The notes beneath the pieces are model-generated. The model made no database searches. It saw only the letters and a program-made list of their open reading frames with translations, and was not told where the DNA came from. Below are positions 1 through 10,870 of a stretch of 64,000 nt of DNA, in pieces. Source of the stretch: Octopus sinensis. Its lineage: Eukaryota. Location: the NCBI RefSeq assembly GCF_006345805.1, contig NC_043006.1:105648001-105712000 (forward strand). Reading direction: 5' to 3'. The stretch's first letter is position 1. Every line of letters starts with the position of its first letter. Position numbers and translations under genes: made by a program.

Positions 1-144
1 CACCTGCGCACGTGTGTGTTTGTTTGTGCGTGTGTGTACATACGCACAAATACAGATGTACAAACGTATGTTCGTCCGTCCGTCCGTCTGTATGTACGTA
101 CGTATGTATGCTTGTATGTATGTATGAATAAGTGTATGCGTTTA

Positions 145-268
145 GGTAAGAAGCTTGTATCCAAACTACACGATTCAGGGTTCAATCCCATTGCATGGTG
201 TCTTGGACAAGTGTCTACTACAGCCTTGTAAGTGAATTTGGCAGATGGAAACTGAAGGAAGCCTATCG
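145..268 (+). mobile_element. tRNA-derived SINE fragment (octopus-type)
   Basis: B-box-like GGTTCAATCCC followed by body CTTGGACAAGTGTCT...GATGGAAACTGAAGGAAGCC; same family as the copy at 27350-27486. Confidence 0.6.
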
Positions 269-302
269 GATTATATATATATATATATGTATATGTATAT
301 AT

Positions 303-452
303 AGTTGGAATTTACACACAAAAAAATAAAACAAAACATAAGTTGAAGACGGGTGTGCAACGCTCGGGAAGTTTCGAGCATACGCTCTTCAACGGAAAGG
401 AGCACACATATAAACAGAGAGAGAAAAAAGGTTTAGTGGCTAGCGATCAATC
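303..452 (-). mobile_element. Inverted copy of Penelope-like 3' end (pseudo-LTR)
   Basis: Reverse complement (GATCGCTAGCCACTA...GAAGAGCGTATGCTCGAAAC...CTTCCCGAGCGTT) matches the plus-strand end at 1621-1808. Confidence 0.65.
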
Positions 453-739
453 GCACACACACACACACACACAAACAAAGTGAGCGGCAATATCCCCATT
501 TAAACGAGAATGTTCACTTACAAGAAACTATTTTGTGGTAGATATGAGAAATACTCTTATATTGACTTTTGGTGCGACATGCACACTTGTTAATATCGCT
601 AACGCGGAGACAAACAGGTAAATCCCGACAATCTTCAGTGCCGAGACCACCAGAACACACGTGATTTCGACCTTTCTTCGTAGTGTCAATGATAGACACT
701 CGACCGCTAAAGATAGCAGTGACGACTCATCGTCCCGCC

Positions 740-1808
740 TCCGATATATAGACAAACAGCACCATAAGAGGCGCTGGTGTTGCGAGATATCCGACACAGC
801 AATGACACCCCGGTCTCGCGCCAATTCCGCTCTACCGGTCACTCTTTGCAACACCTGTCCGTGTTCGGATTATCCTTGCACAGGGGCCATCCGGACTCCC
901 GTTTGCGCCGTGAACAGGGAGTAATCTTCTCTCTTCGCTCCTTTGCGCTACATGGGCTCAAATCTCCTCCCCTCTTCATCTAACCTCTCCTCTCTACCCC
1001 TCACACCTACATCCTCCCACCCACCTCTCCTCTCTTGCTCCGATTCCTACTTCTCTTCACTCCTACTCTCCTTCTCTCTTCTCTTCACTCCTACCCACCT
1101 TCTCCTTCCCCCTTTCATCGTCATTCCTCCCTCTTAAGCCCACCCCACCCCTACACATTCTACCCCAACTTCCCTAATCTTTCCCAACCCCACCCCACCC
1201 CATCCCTTACACCCACTCCCACATACCCCACCTGTACCCCCACCCTCCGCCTGCCCACATACCCCACCACTACCCTCAGCCTAACCCATGCCCCACCCTT
1301 TCTTTCCCCACTCTCGCCTCCCCCACCTCTCAACACCATCACACAACACCACGCACTACTACACCATACACTACCATACCACATCACAACACATCTCAAC
1401 ACACCACCAGGCACACACCAGCACTGGCCACTTCCCAGACCCACATTTTCACACCTACACATACACACACGCACACGTCAAGATCACCAGCCCTCTTCTA
1501 CACGCACATACAAACTCTCTTATATACACGCACGCGCACCTTCGTTTGGGGATCACCACTACTTTATTATCTCTCTTTCTCCCTCGCTCTACTGTGTGAC
1601 TCTTCTGTCCGGCATTCGCCATGATAGATCGCTAACCACTACACATTCTTTATTTTCTCTCCTTGTTTCTTTCTGTGTTTCTTTCTGTGGAAGAGCGTAG
1701 GCTCGAAACGTTAAAGACTTTTTCACTTCCCGAGCGTTATACTAATACATCTGTTTGTTTTCTACACTACCTGTCTTCGTCTTTTGTTTTTTTGTGTGAA
1801 TTCTCCCT
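740..1808 (+). mobile_element. Penelope-like retroelement 3' fragment (GIY-YIG endonuclease C-terminus plus CT/CA-rich 3' region)
   Basis: ORF 777-983 LRDIRHSNDTPVSRQFRSTGHSLQHLSVFGLSLHRG...RREQGVIFSL...HGL resembles the Penelope GIY-YIG C-terminus; terminal GAAGAGCGTAGGCTCGAAACG motif. Confidence 0.7.
1680..1717 (+). ncRNA. Minimal type I hammerhead ribozyme-like motif in Penelope end (variant core)
   Basis: Stem I TCTTT/AAAGA, core CTGTGGA(A), stem II GAGC-GTAG-GCTC, GAAA, palindromic AACGTT in place of stem III. Confidence 0.5.
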
Positions 1809-1849
1809 ATATATATATATACGCACGCACACACATTAATGTACATGTG

Positions 1850-1930
1850 GATGACAGAGTTGAAAACCATATGTGAGCAATGTATATTTATAAAAATCCA
1901 AACAATATGAACTCAGTGCTCGTGCACTTA
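1850..1930 (+). repeat. 81-bp dispersed repeat, second copy at 3596-3676
   Basis: GATGACAGAGTTGA...CTCAGTGCTCGTGCACTTA is near-identical at both sites; the second copy continues into ...AATAGCTGGACACCCTG, resembling a Tc1-type terminal inverted repeat. Confidence 0.75.
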
Positions 1931-2035
1931 GTTACATACATACATAATGTTATATATATATTTGGAGAGAAGATTTTTTCTCAAAGAGTTAAGAGTTAGA
2001 AAGTCTTACATATATATAATTATAAAAAATATATA

Positions 2036-2764
2036 TCTCTCTATATATAAAACTGAGAATATGTGTGTGTCTGTCTGTTTATCTGTGCGTTTCCCTAAAA
2101 CTTGAGAACTACACAACCAATTTCATTCAATTTTACAGGGTCCGGGGAGTGTCATCGGCAAAAAAATATTCAACTTCTTGCCTAGGGCAAGCCCATAGCA
2201 ATATCATATCTTCTCCACTATTTCAGTATTACTTGTTAAAAGTGAAACAAAAATATTTCTCTATTTTATGTCAGATACTTTCACTGTAACACTAAAAATT
2301 AGAGATAATAATAACAATTGAATTATATGTAGTTAGTAATAATTAAAATCAAACTAAATTATAATATAATCGTAACATAACAAAAGTAAAAATAGCGATT
2401 GGTATAAAATTGAATCAATGACTTGAACTTGAATAAGTGGTTTCACATGAATGGGAATAAATTAAATTAAATCAACTGCGTACTGCTTTTTGATTCACCG
2501 TAAGGCTTGTTGTTATTATTATTACTGTTTAACTATTGTTATCACGTTTGTTGGTTCCTCGTAAGGGAAACGTTGTTGCATTTATTAAATAATTGTAAAC
2601 TGTAGCCCTCCCCCTTTGGGAGAAGAAGCTTTGGTTATTGCTTAAAAATTGAATTGTGTCCCTGTTTGAGGAAATTGACAATATTTTCACCGTTTATACG
2701 GAAGCATTTTTGTTAGAATGCCTTCGATGGAAGAAAGTCCAAAAATGAATTTCGCTGCAGCCGT
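2036..2764 (+). mobile_element. Helitron 5' segment (same family as element at 26156)
   Basis: Starts A|TCTCTCTATATATAAAACTGAGAAT and is colinear with 26156-27085, except for a ~200-bp segment present only in the 26 kb copy; no 3' hairpin/CTAG found. Confidence 0.8.
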
Positions 2765-3200
2765 CGGCGGGCGCGAACTCATTAAAATTAAAATGGAAGA
2801 AATACAAACCTATGTCGGATTGATCACCGACAAAGACGGTGCATCTAGGATAACACCACCAACCGAAATAAAAAATTAAATTAAAGAAAAGACTATTGTC
2901 TATAAAGTATACAATGTAGAGAAAAAAGAAGATTTGAACACCTGGAGGAAAGCACCATCGAAAAGTGTCTTGGTGCGACTATGAAAGATAACTAACCAGA
3001 GGCGGTAAATTCGCAACAATAGAAGCAAGGTTCGAGTCAACGGAGCGTGCAAGGGAGTACTCGACTCGAACCTTGCAAAGTGGAAATATTTTATTTTTAC
3101 TTTTATATCTGGGACATAGGACGTCCCGGATTAAAATTAAAAATGTCCCCCAGAAGTAGAGGTAGGCTGGATTGTAGCCACACAGCTGGCTATTGACACA
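2718..3200 (+). pseudogene. Degenerate Tx1-type ORF1 fragment (a further family)
   Basis: MPSMEESPKMNFAAAV...KEKTIVYK...EKCL...KFATIEARFESTERAREYSTRTLQSG...YLGHRTSRIKIKNVP aligns with family B/C ORF1 (NFAEAI, TIVYK, EKCL, KFAHIQVVF, YRGQKVTKITLNNVP); has a stop and frameshifts. Confidence 0.75.
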
Positions 3201-4566
3201 CTTTCTGTGTCGTATAAGTATTTGCAAAGAGAAGCCATCCTTCCCATTGTCGACCGGACGTGGTACACACGGACCCTAATTTCTGGGTATTTACCCGTCG
3301 TCAGCGGACGACAATCACCGGTCTTTGATGCGAAGGGGTCCCAATGCAAATAAATATATATCCTTTTTCCAGTGACGAAAAGTCACTGATCTCGAAAAAT
3401 TGTAAACAACAATAATAAATCTCTAAACGATATATATAAAGTGTATAGTATTTATAAACAAAAGAGGCGACCAATTACAGGAAGCCTTACATACTATTTA
3501 TACAGTAGTCCCGCGACTATCGCGGGTGTTACGTTCCACAAACAACCGCGATATGGCGAGGAATTATTATGTATATTACTCTATTTGTACATTTCGATGA
3601 CAGAGTTGACAACCATATGTGAGCAATGCATATTTATAAAAACCCAAACAATATGAACTCAGTGCTCGTGCACTTAATTGAATAGCTGGACACCCTGATT
3701 TAGTTAAATTAGTTAAGCTATACTTCTTCCACCGTCACAGTCGCACTGCGCCCTACATATGTAGGTATAAACACATATATACCTACGTACGTACATATAT
3801 GCAGGCGTGAATGAAATATGGCGCTGTCTGATCAAAAATGAGTGCTATAATACACACATACTCACAAACACACACATACATACATACATACATACATACA
3901 TACATACACATATATATATATACATACACGCACACGCACACACACACACACGTACTCACACACACACACACATATATATATATACACATATATATATATA
4001 TATATATATAATATATATATATATAATATAGAAGTATAGATATACAGATAAACATACAGACGGATAGGTACATAGGTTATAAGAACAGACAAGCACACAT
4101 ACGTATGCATGCATAGGTGCACACACACACACACTGACCCACACACATGCGCACAAACAAACAAAAAGGAACGCAATGTAAATCCCGGACAGAGTCAAGA
4201 CTATTGAAAAGGTTGCAAGACGCGACGAAAATTTTCGGAAAATAAAAATAAGAAATGAGAGGAAATTTTACCGGTGAGTGTGTTACATTATAAGGCACAA
4301 AAATAAAGTGACTCTCCCTAGACAAAACAGAATGTGCTTCAACACACGAACTCATATAAAGGATATTGCAAACCAAATCCAACGATATATATATATATAT
4401 TATATACACACACACATACATACATATATAAATTAACTCTTCATTTAAAGATATTTTGCAATATATACGTAAATATGCATATACATACCTACTTCATATA
4501 TATATATGATGCATCTATGTAAGTATATATATATATGTATATATATACACATACATGTTTATGCAT

Positions 4567-4576
4567 TATCTGTCTA

Positions 4577-4637
<61 letters not shown>

Positions 4638-4638
4638 A

Positions 4639-4693
<55 letters not shown>

Positions 4694-4706
4694 AATCTAT
4701 CTATTA

Positions 4707-4753
<47 letters not shown>

Positions 4754-4785
4754 ATGTCTGTCTGTCGTCGTCTATCTATCTATCT
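4567..4785 (+). repeat. (TATC)n/(TGTC)n compound microsatellite, 5' flank of Tx1 copy A1
   Basis: Direct reading of tandem TATC/TGTC units. Confidence 0.95.
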
Positions 4786-6469
4786 GGCGAGAGTGACCAC
4801 CCTACTCGTTATCTCGTTCCAGTTCTTCTCCACTTGGAGGTCCGGACCGAACCAGACCCCGAGCAACTCAACCGGGCCGCTGGACCGACGGCCCGGTTGA
4901 GTTGCTCGGGGTCTGGTTCGGTCCGGACCTCCAAGTGGAGAAGAACTGGAACGAGATAACGAGTAGGGTGGTCACTCTCGCCCGGCAATGGGCCGAGAGG
5001 AAACTGTCCCTAAAAGGTCGAGCGGAGGTGGCGAACACGTACATCGCGTCCGTCATCTACTACCGCCTGACCGTCGTACCTTGTCCCGACCCTACCATCA
5101 CCAAACTACAACGCATCCTCTTTCGCTTCTTGTGGAAGGATGCGTCCCGATGGTCAGGCGATCCATTTGCTGTCAACACCCGTTAAAGGAGGGCTGGCAT
5201 GCCGTGGTTGATGATGCGCAGACACGCGCTGAGACTGCGACATCTCTGGCTCTATGTAGACGACTGTGAACAGGTGTTGGTCGCCGTTTGTGAGGCACGC
5301 TTTCCCGCAGCTCGTCTCCATGACCGAACTGCAGTCGTGGATCAAAAAGAGGCCGAGGAGGGCGAATGGCACCGCGAGTGTCGCGTTGCTCTCAAGCAAC
5401 TCTGCCGTCCTGGGTCGACCTTAAGTGACTTCAACACAACCAAAGCATTCTATAGGGGTTTAGTGGAGGGAGGTACGACGACGAGCGCGGGGCGAACCTG
5501 GACGTCGACGAGGAGTACCTGACCCGCCTGTTCGGGACGACTTTCGGCCAGGGCCCATGGACAACTTCAGAGATCCCTGGCCTGGCAGTGCTACCGAGAA
5601 GCGCTACCCGTTCGGGATAAGCTCTACAGACACGGCTCGAGAAACACGGGGCCGACCTGCCCGAGATGCGGTCAGAGCGACGAAGCCGTTCTGCACGCAC
5701 TCGTTCAGTGTCCAACAATTTCCGACCTGTGGGCTTATGTCGAACAACTGCTGTCACGTGTGGGACGAGTCGGTTTATCAGCTGAGTCTATCGTCAATAT
5801 TGTCACACCTCCTTCCTTCAAACGGGAAGGAAGAGCTATTTTCATCATCCTTGTGGCTATGGCGAAAGAATGTATCTGGTGGACGCGTCTGAAAGGATTG
5901 GAGACAAACACTTTCCTCTCTGGTAATCTCTCATCAACTTCTTCAAGTACCACTTGAAAAGGAAAGTGAGAGTAGAGAGGCAAGTTTGTCTAGCGAATGT
6001 TTTAAAAAAAGATGGGTGAATGTAGCAAGAATGGCACGTATGAATGACGAAGCCACCTTGAGCATAGTCCTATGAACCCAGAAATCGAAAACAGAGAGTT
6101 GCTTATTTGCAAAAAAAAAAAAAAAAAAAAACGAAATATTAAAATGTGACTTCATTGACCGAGGTTACCGTGGTCTTTCCGTAGGCTTTTCTTTCCACGG
6201 GTAAACCTCACCTGTCCCCCCTTTACACTTCATATGACATTTCTGTGATAACGATCCCTATTGATCAATTTTTTTTTTTTTTTTTCCGCCCCCCTTTTTT
6301 TTTTTTTTTTAACCCCCCTTTTTTGTCCTCTTTCTCTCCTTTTACGATCCCTTTTGATCGAAACTCCCCCTCCCTTTTTTTTTTTTTTTTTTTTTAAACC
6401 TTCAAAAGAAAAGCTCTACCTTGTAATTTGTTCTATCTGTGTGCAGCCCTGTGTGGCTAATAAAGAACA
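4786..6469 (+). mobile_element. Tx1-clade LINE, family A, 5'-truncated copy A1 with fold-back 5' junction
   Basis: ORF2 C-terminal peptides (LGVWFGPDLQVEKNW, RKLSLKGRAEVANTYIAS, MPWLMMRRHALRLRHL); 3' end ...AGCCCTGTGTGGCTAATAAAGAACA|TATC. Confidence 0.92.
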
Positions 6470-6495
6470 TATCTATCTATCTATCTATCTATCTA

Positions 6496-6544
<49 letters not shown>

Positions 6545-6545
6545 A

Positions 6546-6576
<31 letters not shown>

Positions 6577-6577
6577 G

Positions 6578-6668
<91 letters not shown>

Positions 6669-6669
6669 A

Positions 6670-6744
<75 letters not shown>
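6470..6744 (+). repeat. (TATC)n compound spacer between A1 and A2
   Basis: Contains two copies of (TGTC)3(TATC)~8 TATA (TGTC)5. Confidence 0.95.
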
Positions 6745-7881
6745 GATCAAAAAGAGGCCGAGGAAGGGCGAATGGCACCGCGAGTGTCGCGTTGCTCTCA
6801 AGCAACTCTGCCGTCCTGGGTCGACCTTAAGTGACTTCAACACAACCAAAGCATTCTATAGGGGTTTAGTGGAGGGGAAGTACGACGACGAGCTCGGGGC
6901 GAACCTGGACGTCGACGAGGAGTACCTGACCCGCCTGTTCGGGACGACTTTCGGGCCAGGGCCCATGGACAACTTCCAGAGATCCCTGGCCTGGCAGTGC
7001 TACCGAGAAGCGCTACCGTTCGGGATAAGCTCTACAGACACGGCTCGAGAAACACGGGGCCGACCTGCCCGAGATGCGGGAGCGACGAAGCGAACGAAAC
7101 GTTCTGCACGCACTCGTTCAGTGTCCAACAATTTCCGACCTGTGGGCTTATGTCGAACAACTGCTGTCACGTGGGGGACGAGTCGTTTATCAGCTGAGTC
7201 TATCGTCAATATTGTCACGCCTCCTTCCTTCAAACGGGAAGGAAGAGCTATTTTCATCATCCTTGTGGCTATGGCGAAAGAATGTATCTGGTGGACGCGT
7301 CTGAAAGGATTGGAGACAAACACTTTCCTCTCTGGTCAATCTCTCATCAACTTCTTCAAGTACCACTTGAAAAGGAAAGTGAGAGTAGAGAGGCAAGTTT
7401 TTGTCTAGCGAATGTTTTAAAAAAAGATGGGTGAATGTAGCAATGGCACGTATGAATGACGAAGCCACCTTGAGCATAGTCCTATGAACCCAGAAATCGA
7501 AAACAGAGAGTTGCTTATTTGCAAAAAAAAAAAAAAAAAAAAAGAATATAAAATGTGACTTCATTGACCGAGGTTACCGTGGTCTTTTCCGCAGGCTTTT
7601 TTCCACGGGTAAACCTCACCTGTCCTCCCCTTTACACTTCATATTGACATTTCTGTGATAACGATCCCTATTGATCATTTTTTTTTTCCTCTCCCCCCCC
7701 CCCCTTTTTTTTTTTTTTTTAACCCCCCTTATTTTTGTCCTCTTTCTCTCCTTTTACGATCCCTTTTGATCGAACCTCCCCCTTCCTTTTTTTTTTTTTT
7801 TTTTTTAATACCTTCAAAAGAAAAGCTCTACCTTGTAATTTGTTCTATCTGTGTGCAGCCCGTGTGGCTAATAAAGAAACA
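6745..7881 (+). mobile_element. Tx1-clade LINE, family A, 5'-truncated copy A2
   Basis: Near-identical to the 3' part of A1, from GATCAAAAAGAGGCCGAGG to ...GGCTAATAAAGAAACA|TATC. Confidence 0.92.
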
Positions 7882-7902
7882 TATCTATCTATCTATCTAT
7901 AG

Positions 7903-7976
<74 letters not shown>

Positions 7977-8014
7977 ATGTCTGTCTGTCTGTCTATCTAT
8001 CTATGTATCTATCT
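7882..8014 (+). repeat. (TATC)n compound microsatellite, 3' flank of A2
   Basis: (TGTC)3(TATC)~7 TATA (TGTC)4 (TATC)2 TATG pattern. Confidence 0.95.
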
Positions 8015-8479
8015 AAACATACATATTCTCATATATATATATATATATTAATATATAAATATATAAGTATATATATTTATATATGTGTATATACATATAT
8101 ACACATACATATATTTACATAGTTATATATGTTTGTACGTGTGTATATATATACATATACAAGTAAGCATAAATACGTATCTTAAGATTTATGTATAATT
8201 ACAGGAGCGTTTATGCGTTTGCATCTGTGTGAATGCATGTATGCGTATATATATATATATATGTATATGTACGTAAATATATATGTATATATATAAATGT
8301 ATATATATCTATGTATATATATATTTATATCTGTATGTATATGTATATGCTACATACATGCATATATTGATTTAATTTCACGCCGTCTCAAAACAGATAT
8401 GCAAATTTATAACTTTGTGGCATTTTTCAATAGAAAAAGTAAGAGGGAAAAACAAAAGAGAGAGAGTAATGAGGAATGA

Positions 8480-8539
<60 letters not shown>

Positions 8540-8688
8540 AAGAAAGAAGGCTAGGAAAAGAAACAAATTATTTCTGTCTCAAGAAAATTATTTTAAAAAT
8601 GAGAAAAAAATCCCTAAATTCGGGAAGAATTTAGTAATATGTAACCTAAATTATTCGGTTTACATATGCAATGAACTAAAAAGAAATG

Positions 8689-8732
<44 letters not shown>

Positions 8733-9208
8733 ATGGTGTGTGTGTGTGTGTGTGTGGTGTAGTGTGTATATATATATATATATATAATATATATATATAT
8801 TATATATATATATATTATATATATATGTATATATATGTATGTATGCATGTTTACATTATATATACATATATAATGCATATGTACATCAGTTTAACGTCAG
8901 AAAGACGGAAAAAATGTCATACTGTCAGCTTATCTAAATCAACGTATTTATGTATGTAAAATCTCAGAAATAGTGAATTTCGCGCAAAAGCGTACTCAAA
9001 AGTAATTTCGATATTGATTGAGACGCATGCATTCCTGTGCGCACACACATATACATGTATACTTATACACACAGAGATACGTGTATACAACACGTCAGCA
9101 TAGACATACGCATGCTTGCACAAAAACTGTGTGCATTTTTGTCCACGTATGCAAAGATGCACACATGCATACATATATCTATATGTACACACATACGCAT
9201 GTATGTAC

Positions 9209-9239
<31 letters not shown>

Positions 9240-9355
9240 TATATCTATCTATCTATCTATTCATATATACGCACATCATATTTATAATATCTATCTACCT
9301 GTATATTATTGTCTATCTATATCTTTATACAAACAATATACAGATATATTAATGC

Positions 9356-9445
<90 letters not shown>

Positions 9446-10562
9446 TATATATATATATATATAATATATATATACACGAAATAAACTATACATGCACTTA
9501 TACACGAACACACACATATTCACACATGGAAAAACTTTGTAGTGTGTTGAACGAGTGGCAGAGGAATTGTCAATGTATTTAAAGTATATGATTTATCGAA
9601 ACTGGTTGTTCATTTGCTGCTCGAGTTTCATGTCACAGCGATCTTCACGTAAGAACTATCACAACCAACTTTTGCTAGTACATATATATCAAGGCGTACT
9701 TGTATTTCTTTATTGGTTTGTATTTTGTATACCACTGTAAAAAAAATATCAAAAAAAACATTTACATCTCCAGTGAGTTTTGACCACTGGCCAAAATTGA
9801 ACTCCAAACATTTTAGCTATGTCTATTAGATTATGATTCACATATTCATTAACAAGCATATGAAAACGAAATGACCACACATGCGAGTGCGCGCACTTTC
9901 ACACATACACTCACTCAACCAAAGTTACAGCCAAAGAACAAAGGATCAAAAAACATGTCCCATGAAGTCCTTAATTAGCTTTATTGTACTCACAAACATC
10001 TCTCTATGTATATATATGTACACACACACACACACACACACTTATATATATGTCCCCGGAGACTCGTAAAGCAGAGCAACAGTTTCCCATAGTAGCATTG
10101 TTATGAATCATAATTCTTTCTCAGAAAAATATTTTAGCAATTAAATTTATAATACTCGCAAATAAATGACAATAAAACAACAGTAGAATGTAAGGAATAT
10201 TCTATGTAACGTAAAAAGAATGTCAAGATAATTTATAACGAAAAAAGATTATTATCATAATCGTTTTCTGAACCACTTTCACTGGCACTAGACTCACGCG
10301 TACCATCATTTGTAAAGGCGATTGCCGATTCACAAGCACCCGTAGATGAACTTGTTGATATCTTTAAAAAACAAGTCTAGAGTTGATTGCTTAGAGGAAA
10401 CTTTTCTTTTCGCCCACTATAAATTTCGCGGTAACACGCAGAAGTATTTGTTATAGTGATAGAAACTTTTGCACTTCGTTCAAAATTTGGATCTTGTGCT
10501 TGGAAAATAAAACTTGTAAATCCGAGGTGTCATAAATCGGGTCCTCATAAAGTGACGTATTA

Positions 10563-10672
<110 letters not shown>

Positions 10673-10870
10673 ACGGACGTGCTGTCACTTCGGCTCCGAA
10701 GGTAATCCTTTATTTTGACTATTTATAGCCCATATTTTGTGTATATTTTTGTAAATAAGGTGTGTAAGGCACCCAACTTTCGTTTGAGTGCTTTTCCAAG
10801 GGAGGAATTCGCCCCTATGGGCAGTTTCAACCCTATTTAATTTGTGTAATTTCTTCTCGACATTTTGAAA

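Noticed and set aside
1035-1700. 221-aa Pro/Thr/His-rich ORF as a gene
   Set aside because: Low-complexity CT/CA tract inside the Penelope 3' region.
3501-3560. TA-CAGTAGTCCCGCG... as a pogo/Tigger-type TIR
   Set aside because: No matching second TIR or transposase sequence found; too short to support.
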